From: Epithemia pelagica
Taxonomy: Eukaryota; Protista; Bacillariophyta
Length of the DNA stretch: 64,000 bases
Assembly (NCBI GenBank): GCA_946965045.2
Contig: OX337233.1
Span: 2,108,001 to 2,172,000 of the forward strand
Direction of reading: 5' to 3'
Numbering within the stretch: position 1 is the first letter of the stretch; every line of letters starts with the position of its first letter. Under the pieces are notes generated by a model. The model was given only the letters and a program-made list of their open reading frames with translations, made no database searches and was not told the origin of the DNA. Both the position numbers and the translations under genes were made by a program. This document shows positions 52,476 to 63,254 of this stretch, in pieces.

Positions 52476-55400
52476 CTAGGCTTCCGACTGTTGTTTCGCC
52501 ATCCATGCCGGGAGTGTACGACCGCGACCACGTCCTACACTGGGTTGTGAAGCGCCGGTGGAGGCGAATGCAGGAGGTGGTCCCGCCGGTCGACTCGGAG
52601 GCGGTGGAGGTTGTCCATAACCAGGACCTGGAGGTGGTGGGGCCGGAGGTCGTTGTTGTTGTTGTTGTTGCGGAGGGGCTGCCATGGGAGGGGGTGGCCC
52701 AGCATTTGGCTGTGGAGGAATCATGGGACGGGGAGCATTCGGTGGAGGAACGTACGCAGGAGGAGGCGGCAGGTCTTGCACCGGAGGTCGTGGTGGAGGG
52801 GGTCGTGGAGGTGGAGGAGCTGGTTGCTGTTGTTGTTGGTTCGTCGAGGACCATCCAGCTGGACCACCAGGAGCCGGCCGTGCTCCCCATCCAGACGATG
52901 CGGATGGCGGTGCAGGTCGTGCTCCCCATCCAGGTGATGCCGCTGGCACAGAAGTACCTGTAGATGAAGGTGGGGCTGGTCTGGCGCTCCATCCAGAAGA
53001 CGACGCCGCAGGAACTGAAGCAGCAGGTGGCGCAGGCCTGGCGGCCCATCCAGAGGATGCCCCGGGCGTGGTCGCGGGGGGAGCGGGTCTTGCGGCCCAT
53101 CCCGAAGCAGCCGCAGGCACAGGAGGAGGAGGAGGAGGAGGGGGTGGTTGTTGTTGCTGCTGCTGCCATTGAGATACCGTTTCGGCCACCGAAGTAGCAG
53201 TGGTGGTACCCGCTGCATTGGACTTGTCTCCCCAACGGTTGGGTTTCGGTGGCGGTGGTCTCGGAGGTGCCACAGATACTGGTGCACTCGGTTTGGTTGC
53301 ACGAGAAGCATCGTTGCTGCTGCTACTGGTGCGGCTGCCACGGGGATTTCTCTTAAAATCGTTCACAAGCTGGTCCAGCGTCATGAACACCTTTGATGAA
53401 AAGGTAAAACCCTTTGGAGTGATACCAATGGGATGGCTGTAGGGATTGGCATTGATAATGAACCGTAGGCTGGCATAACCAGGATTGACATCCATCCAGC
53501 ACAAAGCATAGGGAATACCACTTGGGTTCTTCTTTTTCTCTGCTCGGAGTTTGTCATCCACATCATCTTCCGCCAAAGTCATGAATTTGCGATGATTTTG
53601 AAGCTCATCGACAAGATCATTGAGCGGTTCAATGTATCGACCCAACAACTCATCAATACTACCATATGTTTCGTCTTTGATTTTCAAAATGTTTCCAATT
53701 GCAGCATCTGTTTCCTTGTCCTCCTCAAGTACTTCAATAACCTTGATACAGCCTTCTTTGACAACCCAATGAACTGCCAACGAGTCGCTTTGTTTCGTAC
53801 TTGGCCGAATAAGTGCTTGTCCAACCATGCCGGCCCCAGCTTCGCGAAGTTCTCGGTCAACCTCGTCCTGCCTGGCATTGCGAAAGGCAGGATGTGTACA
53901 TGCGCGACGGGCGACACGTTTCTTACGCTTCGTCTCAGCGACACCGTCACCGCTGGCCGAATTTCGATTAAGGGCGATTTGAAGTGCCTCTAGATGAGCC
54001 TCCCTTTTCTTGTTGTTGTCTTCCTCAATCCGAGAGGCAGTTGCCAAATCAAAGTATTGATCGAACGCTGCTAAAGATAGAGGACGTTCCCACGAGCTTG
54101 GATTCTTTCGAAAGTCTTCCATGCGCAAACTCATGTCGACGGTCATGTGGTCCTTCTTGACTTCGGTAACAATAGCGGTGACGACTTGGCCTGGAGCAAC
54201 AATGTCTTCGGGTGCCTCGACATGATCATCCGACAACAATCGCAAGGGAATAAAAGCTGGAATATCGCCCTCGAGCTTAACACGCGATCCAAACTCTCCA
54301 TTGCTTACCACTTTACCAGTCACTTCTTTCCCCGGCCGCAATGATTGGTCACTTTCACCCGTAATCAAACGGAAGAGTTTTTCTCCTTCTAGTGGTTCCA
54401 TTGGCTTTCGTGGGTCGAAAAAGGGCAAACGAAACTCCCATAACAGCATTTCAAAATGAGAGTTCCATCGCCCATGACCCTTCCCTTCAATGGCCTTGGC
54501 AAAGGCGTCCAAGTCCAAATTGCCAATTTCATCTGACCAATGCTCTGCTGGCACGTTAACTCGGGGATCCCATTCTTTGAATCGAAAGGGAGACTGGAAA
54601 TTCCGTTCCCATTCCGCTTGTGTTGCCTCCAACAGACGCGCAACTTCTTGTTGGGAATTGGTCATGGCATCCGTAAGTGCCTTTATGGCTTTAATTTTAA
54701 TGTTTTCACGTTCGAGCGCATCAAAAGAGATTTTGACGGCCCAGTCATGCTGAACATAAATTGCAGGATGCAATCTAGTACTGTCCAACGGGTGCAAATG
54801 TTGGTCAATCAACTGATCTGTCTGTTGGATTCTGAGAAAGGCAACGGAGTTGTTGTACACAACCGGTCCCATCAGCCGATCTTCGAGCAAATCGCGTCTT
54901 CGGGCGACTACACCATTGCGATCGGCCACCATTTGTTTCAGATTGGCTGCCTTTCGCGGTCCTAACCCAGGAGTGAACATGAGTAACCCACACAGGTGAT
55001 CATGGGCGCAAGTCGCATTGACATCAGAGCCTACGTCGGCTGTCACATCACATAGGACGCGCTCGTACTCCCGCAGTAAAAGAGAGCGAGGTAACAATTG
55101 CTGCAAGGGGTGGACGTTGAAGTACAACATCTCCGTCCCAAATACTCCTGCGTCACTGGCCACACTCCACGTGTACGTAAGTTCAGCCAAGGGATCCTTT
55201 GCATACCGAGCAGTAGCAATGGCCGTCTTGTGGTTCATCGGAAAGTCAGGGAACTCTTTCTTACTTCGAACACTGCGCCCAAACAACTGGGCAACCTTGT
55301 CATCAATCAGCTCCACGTCACACTTCCATTCCACATCATCGTCAAAGTCATTGTGCACCGATAATGCTGCCAAGTCGTCTTGTCGAGTTCGAAACGCCTC

Positions 55401-58400
55401 GTCGTCCTCATCGTCACCTTGAATGAACCGATTCGACCAGCGTTGTTTCGCTTCGTTGATCAAGTCACTTAAGCGACGATATACCATACGACTTTCGAAC
55501 CCTCCAGACGTTCCGACCACGACTACTGCGGGACGAGCCTTGATCAGAAATAAAATAACCTTATCTCGCATTTTGCCAGTCTCGATACGAGTTCCCGATG
55601 GAACGGCGAGAAAATCTTCGGCTTTTCCATGTTGGGAAACATGTGCAAAGTAAGAAGCATCTTTACTTCCTTCGGGACTGCAGCAATACCCCACAACAGA
55701 CAGATCGCCGGTTGGTACAACGAAGCGACTTTCGTTATAGTAAAGACCAGGGGGTTGCTGTCGGTCTGGTCGGTAAGGTCCTTCCATTGCCATTTCGCGC
55801 AAGTTGGAAGCGGCTGCTTGAACGCCGACGCGGCTTGCCACTTCCATCAAATCTCGTCGCAATTCAGCTTCTAGAGCGGGTAAAAGGAAGTTTGTCAACG
55901 CCATTCGCACAACTTGCTTACGCTCATTGTTCCACGCATCTGTATCACCATCCGGTGGCATGTAGACTCGTTCAAGAGGTTGCGCGAGGATATCCAGGCT
56001 TTGGAAGGCGGCTCGGTTGGAAGAAAAGGCTTTGTTGTCGGGATGGTACCAATCGTCCAATCCGCTGGAAATGTCGCTTGCCATGGGGAGATGAATGTGG
56101 GAGGTTAGGAACCCTGCTTGGGCGGCCTTGATAATGTTTAGATATTGTAAACAGCTATCAATTTGCCGCTGCTTTCTATTCGTATCCATCTCATTGCGTT
56201 CAATGGGTGACATAAGATTTCGTTGTCGGATCTGGTCAGGTGTATCAGTCAAAATGGCTGGGAAATGGTCTTGAGTTGGTTTATTACGAATCAAATGCAA
56301 GCCGTAATAATCGTGAAAGGCATCCAGTTCTTCTAATCCCTTGGCCGTTGGTTTGGTTGTCAAAAGAGCATACTGACGAAACAACTGGCGCATGTATTTG
56401 CGTACTCGTGGTTCACTGGCCAACTCGAGGGCAGCCACAAAGCGACACCCTCGCAATGGATCCTCGTCAGATGAAGAGGTCGCAGAATTACCACTGTTGG
56501 ACAAAAGGACCAATTCACCACTTCCAATCAATTCGTTGCAAAAATCCGTGGGCGATTTGGATATCTGCGGTGGCACCCATTGGAGAGGATCATGTTTATC
56601 TTCTTCTCCGGGCATGGTTCGGGTAAAGTCAAAGGCAGTTCCCTGGTTGTTTTGGAATTGGTCCTCCAGTTTGACTCCAACGCGGTTAGGCGACAGCAAA
56701 AACTTGTAACAAACGGCTCGCAATCCCTCGGCAACACAGGTTCGGTAGTAATCACGATCAAAGCGACGACTACGTCGATGGCGCGATTCTTTGCCACCCG
56801 TGGCGGCTAAAATGGGCATTTCTTTCTTTTTGATGGCTTCGTTGCCTTCTTGGATCAAATGCAGGTACCCATTCATATCTACAACTTCCTTGGCTTCTTC
56901 AACCTTGGACAAAAACTCTTCGCGATAGTCCTTGTCATTCCACAACGACTCACGGCGCATTTTCATCATGACGCGTTCCATTTGCGGTCCCTTCTCATTC
57001 AAGGCGCGATTTTGTGCTTCAGCCAAATCCAGTTGAGACTGAAACTGCGTGGCTCGTTCGGTATGCAAGGTCACCAATTGCTTCACGTCCTTCAACGAAG
57101 AATTGACACGTGCCTTTTCCTTGGCCTTTTCTGCTTCATCTTCTTCCTCTTCATCATCATCGTCAAAGAGTTGATCGTCATCGTCATCATCTCCCTTCTT
57201 TTTACTCAAGGCATCCAATTCTGTCTGAAGGGTCGAGGCACGTGCCTGTGAATCATCCAAGGCTTGTTTGGCTTCGTCCAGTTTTTGTCGCAGTTCGACC
57301 AGTCCATCACTATCCATACTAGCTTGAGCATCTCCATCGGCTTGACCGGTAATGGAGGACAAGAGCTCTTGCACTTTGGCGCGTGCCTTGATCATCCGAT
57401 CCCATTCCGTGTCTTCTTCTACAACCTGATGAAGATTCTCCCGTACTGCAGTGGATGTGATATAATCCTTGCGATATCGCTTGATAAAAGCCAACTCAAA
57501 TTTGTCCCTGTGAATGTACCGTAATGTGTAGGAAATCGATGTGACAATTTCTTCTTGATGTGGAGCAAGTGGTGTGCCGTTCTCAGCGCCACCCAAGTCC
57601 ATGGGCGTCACACCTCCTGTGGCGTGAAAAGCTTCCGCAACCGATGGAACTCGCTTGGCAATCCATTCCGCCTGTTTCCGTTCCATATCTGTAAGGGGAA
57701 TAGAATCGACATCACTTTCTCCTTTGCCCTTGTATTCGGCCGGTCCATAAAAGGTCACTCCGCCCTCGCCCTCGCCCCATCCAAACAATCGTTCGGGGAC
57801 GTCAGTCTGTCGGATCAAATCGTCTCGTTCGGTGCAAAAATTTTCAATCAATTGCACTGGTTCAAATACACGGCGTAATTGTGCCTTGCGCTTCTCCGTC
57901 TTGGCTTGTTGCGCCTTGCGTCGCCGTTCTTGTTTGGCCAACTTGGTCTTTTCTCGTTTGAGTTTCAAGGCTTCCGCCTTTTGCTGTGCCGTCAAACCAT
58001 CCAAGTTAATATCGTCGTCATCATCTTCTTCCTCTCCTCCAAACAAGGATCCCTCATCACTATCTTCCGCATCGTCGTATCCAAAATCAATGCCACGCTC
58101 TCTCCGACGTCCCATGAGGTCCTCTTCCTCATCGTCTCGACCTCCCGCATCGCGATTCATAAAATCCAAATAATCCGTTCCAAAAATTTCACTGGCCAAA
58201 CTCAATTGAGCTTCGCTTACTTCATTGCCCATATATCCATCATCATCCATCATTCCCCGTTGTTCCGAAGCACGGATATCATCTTGATCGTGCAAATCAT
58301 CTTCAATAAAGTCATCCATCCCATCTTCATCGTAGCGATCCAAGGCGGACGCCGGAGGTCGTCTCCGTTGTTGCTGTTGTTTGGCAGATTGTTTTGAAGA

Positions 58401-58973
58401 CAGTTCTTCCTCCTCCTCGTCGCCACCATCAAATAATGTTTTTTGCAATTCGGCTTCGTTGCGGGCCCGAATGTGTTGGACCGGACGATCTTCCAAGGCA
58501 TCCGCTACCGCATGGTCGGCGCCTGCCGTCGACGGCCCCAGTCCCTGCGCTTCTCGAATCAATTCCAAATCTTCTTCGGCCAATCGTTCCGTTTGTTTTA
58601 ATTTGGTCAAGCGTGACTTTTTGCGCACCATTTCCTTTTTGCCACGGTCCTCCTCCTCGTCGTCATCATCATCATCATCATCGTCGTCGGAATCTTCCAA
58701 ATCGTCTTTACTCTTGGACTTGGTTACTTCCTCATCCACCTCATCTTCATCGACCAAGAATCCATCCTTGACATATTCATTGTTGTCTTCTTCCTCTTCG
58801 TCGTCCTCGTCTTCATTGTCTTCTTCCCCACTTTCCACAGCGGCATCGTCCAAAAAAGCTCCCTTCTTTTTCTTTCGTTTCTTGCTCGATGCCGCTATTT
58901 CTTGCTCTTCGTCATCATCGTCATCGTCGTCCAAATCATCGTCTTCCTCACTGCGTTTTCGGCGTCGAGACAT
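52476..58973 (-). CDS. SPT6: Transcription elongation factor SPT6 with a Pro-rich, GW-repeat C-terminal extension
   Basis: Acidic N-terminus, YqgF-like region (AIATARYAKDPLAE), HhH (GLGPRKAA), S1, and tandem SH2 (HPAFRN, IRPS...WVV). ATG at 58973; the listed 59018 start is TTG. Confidence 0.93.
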   Translation of the reverse strand: MSRRRKRSEEDDDLDDDDDDDEEQEIAASSKKRKKKKGAFLDDAAVESGEEDNEDEDDEEEEDNNEYVKDGFLVDEDEVDEEVTKSKSKDDLEDSDDDDDDDDDDEEEDRGKKEMVRKKSRLTKLKQTERLAEEDLELIREAQGLGPSTAGADHAVADALEDRPVQHIRARNEAELQKTLFDGGDEEEEELSSKQSAKQQQQRRRPPASALDRYDEDGMDDFIEDDLHDQDDIRASEQRGMMDDDGYMGNEVSEAQLSLASEIFGTDYLDFMNRDAGGRDDEEEDLMGRRRERGIDFGYDDAEDSDEGSLFGGEEEDDDDDINLDGLTAQQKAEALKLKREKTKLAKQERRRKAQQAKTEKRKAQLRRVFEPVQLIENFCTERDDLIRQTDVPERLFGWGEGEGGVTFYGPAEYKGKGESDVDSIPLTDMERKQAEWIAKRVPSVAEAFHATGGVTPMDLGGAENGTPLAPHQEEIVTSISYTLRYIHRDKFELAFIKRYRKDYITSTAVRENLHQVVEEDTEWDRMIKARAKVQELLSSITGQADGDAQASMDSDGLVELRQKLDEAKQALDDSQARASTLQTELDALSKKKGDDDDDDQLFDDDDEEEEDEAEKAKEKARVNSSLKDVKQLVTLHTERATQFQSQLDLAEAQNRALNEKGPQMERVMMKMRRESLWNDKDYREEFLSKVEEAKEVVDMNGYLHLIQEGNEAIKKKEMPILAATGGKESRHRRSRRFDRDYYRTCVAEGLRAVCYKFLLSPNRVGVKLEDQFQNNQGTAFDFTRTMPGEEDKHDPLQWVPPQISKSPTDFCNELIGSGELVLLSNSGNSATSSSDEDPLRGCRFVAALELASEPRVRKYMRQLFRQYALLTTKPTAKGLEELDAFHDYYGLHLIRNKPTQDHFPAILTDTPDQIRQRNLMSPIERNEMDTNRKQRQIDSCLQYLNIIKAAQAGFLTSHIHLPMASDISSGLDDWYHPDNKAFSSNRAAFQSLDILAQPLERVYMPPDGDTDAWNNERKQVVRMALTNFLLPALEAELRRDLMEVASRVGVQAAASNLREMAMEGPYRPDRQQPPGLYYNESRFVVPTGDLSVVGYCCSPEGSKDASYFAHVSQHGKAEDFLAVPSGTRIETGKMRDKVILFLIKARPAVVVVGTSGGFESRMVYRRLSDLINEAKQRWSNRFIQGDDEDDEAFRTRQDDLAALSVHNDFDDDVEWKCDVELIDDKVAQLFGRSVRSKKEFPDFPMNHKTAIATARYAKDPLAELTYTWSVASDAGVFGTEMLYFNVHPLQQLLPRSLLLREYERVLCDVTADVGSDVNATCAHDHLCGLLMFTPGLGPRKAANLKQMVADRNGVVARRRDLLEDRLMGPVVYNNSVAFLRIQQTDQLIDQHLHPLDSTRLHPAIYVQHDWAVKISFDALERENIKIKAIKALTDAMTNSQQEVARLLEATQAEWERNFQSPFRFKEWDPRVNVPAEHWSDEIGNLDLDAFAKAIEGKGHGRWNSHFEMLLWEFRLPFFDPRKPMEPLEGEKLFRLITGESDQSLRPGKEVTGKVVSNGEFGSRVKLEGDIPAFIPLRLLSDDHVEAPEDIVAPGQVVTAIVTEVKKDHMTVDMSLRMEDFRKNPSSWERPLSLAAFDQYFDLATASRIEEDNNKKREAHLEALQIALNRNSASGDGVAETKRKKRVARRACTHPAFRNARQDEVDRELREAGAGMVGQALIRPSTKQSDSLAVHWVVKEGCIKVIEVLEEDKETDAAIGNILKIKDETYGSIDELLGRYIEPLNDLVDELQNHRKFMTLAEDDVDDKLRAEKKKNPSGIPYALCWMDVNPGYASLRFIINANPYSHPIGITPKGFTFSSKVFMTLDQLVNDFKRNPRGSRTSSSSNDASRATKPSAPVSVAPPRPPPPKPNRWGDKSNAAGTTTATSVAETVSQWQQQQQQPPPPPPPPPVPAAASGWAARPAPPATTPGASSGWAARPAPPAASVPAASSSGWSARPAPPSSTGTSVPAASPGWGARPAPPSASSGWGARPAPGGPAGWSSTNQQQQQPAPPPPRPPPPRPPVQDLPPPPAYVPPPNAPRPMIPPQPNAGPPPPMAAPPQQQQQQRPPAPPPPGPGYGQPPPPPSRPAGPPPAFASTGASQPSVGRGRGRTLPAWMAKQQSEA

Positions 58974-59291
58974 GGCCCTCTCGTCGTCTTTCTCGTTGGG
59001 CGCTTGGATTGTAGCCAAAGAGAGAGAGGAAATAAACAGGAGAGGAGTTGAGGGGGAGGGATACTCCTCCTCGGAAGGAAAAGATCAGAAACAATGAATA
59101 TATTAGAGACATTAATTTCCTTAAAACGCTGAAGAGTGATCGATATCGGCGACTCTCTCACCGCAACGCCCAAGACGCAGGGCGCAACAGCAACAGCGCA
59201 AACAAATCAAACACACAAAGACAAAACCGCAACCGCCGCAACGGTGCCAGAGCGAGTCGCTGTTGTGGATTCCAAAATCAGTCGCCCCAAG

Positions 59292-60967
59292 ATGGCCATG
59301 GATGCAAGTTCGACAACGTCTCATCCTCCGACGGCAACCACAGGAACGGAGGAGGCGAGAGTGGTGTCCACGACGACGAGCACCACCACCACCACGGCGG
59401 TGAGGAAGGAGGATGCTGCTACCACGACAACGACGACCGCCGCATTGGTTCGTCCAGTCGACCCGACGAGCCATGTGAGTGTGGAGCAAGCAGCCGTTGT
59501 TGCCAAGGACGGAGCGGCGAGTGCGACCACTGCTGCCACTCCCGTTGTTGTTGCTGCAGCAAATGCTGCAGGTGACGACCAGGAGGGAGCGCCCCGCAAC
59601 CCGAACCCCGACGATGACAGCAAGACAAGGTCCCAGATTCAGAAGAAGGAGGAGGAGACCAGCCACCGCATTGGAACAACGGGGACGGAGGACCAAGACA
59701 AAGCAACCACGCTCGAAACAGGCTCGGCCACCGTCGCCATGGCACCACCACCTCTGGGCATAACAACAACAACACCGATTGCAGTGGCCAACACTACTAC
59801 TACTCCAACCACCATTCTTCCTCTCACGGTTCAACAAGTTCCCACCACGACGACCCTGGTCGAGGATCCGATTGTGGCTGCGGCGGCAGCCGCAGCAGCG
59901 ACGGCCAATCTGCCAATTCTGCCCAATCCCATCTCCAACAACAATAACAACACCGTGGCGTTATCAGGAACCACTTCCACGGCTCCAGCATCAACCACAC
60001 AACAACATGTCCCTGCCGACACTGGCACGGATGCTGCAACGCATGGCACTCATCACAACAAGGACGTGGATTTGTCCTGTTTTCCCTATACGGTGCATTT
60101 GGGCAAAGATGTCGTGTCGGGCAAGGGAGGCAAAGTCCAACAAGTGAATCGACATTTTCGCAATTTGGTGGCGGCCGAATATCCCTTGTACGATTCCACC
60201 TCCAGCAAGATTTCCAAACGAAAAATTGGTTTGTCCATTTACCAACAAGTCATTGGGAGTGGTGGACGATTCCTCGATCATGATGGAAATCCCATGGATC
60301 AACCCAAGGCAGTCCTCAAGGTCATGAAAGGTACGACGAGCAACAACAATATGGACGACTTGTGGTGTTCTGGTGTGTGAATCTCGTTTCGAGGCAAATT
60401 TCTAACATTTACATCCTTTGTGGTTGTATTATTTGTTCCTCCACCCTACACACAGCTCTCAAAGATGCCAAGACATGGACGAGCGATGCCAAGAGAATTG
60501 CCAAGCGGCGAAGAGAAGAAGCCTCCAGTCGAAGCAAGGAAATCTTGAATGTCGTCATGCTCAACGAATCCGTCACGACCACCACCAATAACAACACCGC
60601 AAAGGACTCTGACTCTGCACAGCCCGCGCCAGTACCAAACCTTGTCGAGGGAGAAACTACCACGACGACAACGACGACGACCGATGTGATGCCGGAACGC
60701 AAAAAATTGCACTTGGATCCAACGGCCACTGAAAAGAAGGAGGAGAATGACACGAAAGAATCGAAACCATCAACGACAGTGACCACGACATCCTCAAAGC
60801 CGGAGGAGGCTACACCAAAGCCGCAACAAACCGACACCAAACCAACGACGACAAGTCAACAAGAAACCGGAGGAGGAGATGATTCTGGAGGGGACAATGG
60901 AAGTGGCCTCGCACTCTTGTATCAGGCCATGGATGAAGAGAAGGTTGTACAAGAGACTGAGATTTAG
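59292..60967 (+). CDS. DUF6824-domain protein with Thr/Ala-rich flanks
   Basis: Exons 59292-60330 and 60456-60967 (intron GTACGA...ACAG). DVVSGKGG...NRHFRNLV...KRKIGLSIY...GGRFL...KVMK|ALKD. Confidence 0.75.
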
Positions 60968-61265
60968 AAGCGGTGGAGGGGATGCAATTGGACAGCAACA
61001 GGGGGGTTTGTCGCTGCCCAAAGAACCGACATGTTTCGTATGATATGTGAAGTACCACCATCACGATTTGTGAGAAGGCTACTGAATGTTAATCCTATGG
61101 ATTCGAGTAAGCAAAAACATTTTTATTTTTGACATGGTTAATCAAGAACCTCCTTGTATGTCTTTGCGTGGAAAGAAGACCGAGGCTAGCGACGACCTCC
61201 ATGATTGAAATCATTGAGTCTCTTCCTATCCATGTTTGCGTTGCTCTCGAAAATAATGATTTGCA

Positions 61266-63254
61266 CTACGATTGCTTATTCCTTTTCACCAACAATTGTG
61301 ATGGATAGTCCTCTGGTGCAAGGCCTTTAACGGCCCACAACCGTTGAGCCCGTTCTTGTAGTGTCCCTCCACATTTGAGTCCCCGTATCCGCAGTGCTTC
61401 CTTGAGTCGATCGAGACCCAGTACTTCCAAATCCGAGACAGACTTCATTTGGTCCAAGTCAATGGGTTCTGGGGGATGAGTCGTGGTTGGTGGAACAGTA
61501 TTCGTAGCATCTGTATTGGTGGCGTTGGAGGATTCCTGTGGTGACGAGTACGAGACGGATGGGGTTTTTGCTTCCACGACATGATTGGTTGTGTCCTGCG
61601 CGACGACATCTTTTGAAGTATTGCTCTCAACGACATTTGTAGCTTCTTCCACTTCATTTGTCTCCTCCTGATCATTGTCGCCGTCATCCAATTGTACATG
61701 GTGTTCCGTGGCCAACAGGTCACCCACGGGAATCGCCCCATCCGGCAAATGTTTCATTTCAGAGTTTGAGAGAGAGAGTTCCACAATTTCTTTGGGGTTG
61801 CAACTGGCCGCTGGAAACAATACCGTTTCTGGAGTAAGGGTAAAGGCATTTCCCAGAGAGGAACCATTCAATGAAAAGGACAAGGTCCCCATTGTCCAAT
61901 TGTAGAGACAACCCACAATGTCACCCGCCTTCCAATCACCCTCCTTGCCGTATGCTTGGCTTTGACTTTCGTGCAACACAATGCCACGACTGCCATCGTA
62001 GGCATAACTTGCAGTGTCGTCCCCTACACCATCCCCTGTTTCACAATTCGGTTGAAATCGCTGTGCATTGGATTCGGCCCAACCAATCTGAACCAATCCA
62101 CCCGTGATCAACTTGACTTCCCAATAAAGTTGGTGTGGCTGATCTTGCTTCTGTGGCGACCGCGGCGACGACGACGACGACTGTTGGCTTGGTTGTCGTT
62201 GTGTTACACTGTCGTAACTAAGCACAATACCAAAGGTACCAAAATTGGACTGACATTGAACCTGCCATTTTCCCTCCTCGTATGCCAATACCAAGTCTCC
62301 TGACAATGTCAGCAAGGCTGTTGGGGGATCAGGTTGATGTTTGGAGCGTTTGGCGGGGACATCTGGCTGGATTGGCGACTGTGGCTTTGGATTCTGTGGG
62401 TTGAGCTTTTGTTTTTGTTGTTGTTGTTTGGCCAATCCTTGTTGCAAGGCCGATTGAAGGGAGGCCCGTACCGATTCCGACGCCTGTGTGGCTGTACTCA
62501 CGTAGTCTTGAACTCGAGCCTCGGATTGTCGCTTCTTTTCCTGTTTTTGCTCTTGTTCTTTTTCTTGCTGCTGTTTCCACAACCGAAATTGTCGTTGCCA
62601 TTTGCGATACTCTTTTTTGGACAAATCGGACCAGGCCGGCAATTCCAAATACCACCCGGGAATGCGCGAATCCGTTTCCATAATGCCACGAGCCCGATCA
62701 AGTGCCAGTTGGTGGTCGTCGGCCGTATTTCCCGCCCGTTTTTGGTCATGCCATTCCTTGGCTCGTGCCGCCGCCACGGCATCATTGACATGTCGCAATC
62801 GACGACCTTGCAAATCGCGACAGGCACCAAAATTGGTAGTGGCATTGGCACCAGCTTGACGTGATTGACTCTTGAGCAACGATCCAAAGCCTCCCTTGCC
62901 TCCCAAAATGCGAGATTTGGTTTTCACGACAACATACGGATCGAACCAGTGATTGTCGCTTGATTGTAACAGGTGCGCTTGTGACGATTGTGAGTGACAC
63001 GTTGTCAACAAATGGACAGGCCAATTGGAATGATCACTGTCGAAATGCAAGACGGATGCTATGGTCGGTGTTGTATTGTTGTGAACAGGAAGCAAATAGT
63101 GCCGATTTTGAAACACCACAATGAGATCACGGGGCTGGTCTTTCTTGTTTCTCGCTCCATCACGATCCCCGTCCCCACTACCGTCGTCAGAAGGGATAAG
63201 GCCTCTAGTAGAATGAGCAAAACGGGATGGCACTGCCGTCATCATACTCTCCAT
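61266..63254 (-). CDS. SDE2: SDE2-like splicing/replication-stress factor with an internal SPRY domain
   Basis: Ubl ending RILGG|KGGFGSLL, TNFGACRDLQGRRLRHVN, SPRY (YWEV...QIGWA...SYAYDG...GDIVGC), and C-terminal LGLDRLKEAL...GLKCGGTLQERAQRL. Confidence 0.85.
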   Translation of the reverse strand: MESMMTAVPSRFAHSTRGLIPSDDGSGDGDRDGARNKKDQPRDLIVVFQNRHYLLPVHNNTTPTIASVLHFDSDHSNWPVHLLTTCHSQSSQAHLLQSSDNHWFDPYVVVKTKSRILGGKGGFGSLLKSQSRQAGANATTNFGACRDLQGRRLRHVNDAVAAARAKEWHDQKRAGNTADDHQLALDRARGIMETDSRIPGWYLELPAWSDLSKKEYRKWQRQFRLWKQQQEKEQEQKQEKKRQSEARVQDYVSTATQASESVRASLQSALQQGLAKQQQQKQKLNPQNPKPQSPIQPDVPAKRSKHQPDPPTALLTLSGDLVLAYEEGKWQVQCQSNFGTFGIVLSYDSVTQRQPSQQSSSSSPRSPQKQDQPHQLYWEVKLITGGLVQIGWAESNAQRFQPNCETGDGVGDDTASYAYDGSRGIVLHESQSQAYGKEGDWKAGDIVGCLYNWTMGTLSFSLNGSSLGNAFTLTPETVLFPAASCNPKEIVELSLSNSEMKHLPDGAIPVGDLLATEHHVQLDDGDNDQEETNEVEEATNVVESNTSKDVVAQDTTNHVVEAKTPSVSYSSPQESSNATNTDATNTVPPTTTHPPEPIDLDQMKSVSDLEVLGLDRLKEALRIRGLKCGGTLQERAQRLWAVKGLAPEDYPSQLLVKRNKQS

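Noticed and set aside
52319-53442. Long Gly/Val-rich plus-strand ORFs opposite the SPT6 tail (similar shadows occur at 30.7-33, 49.3-50.1 and 58.4-60 kb)
   Set aside because: These are antisense or alternative-frame shadows of low-complexity or GC-rich coding sequence.
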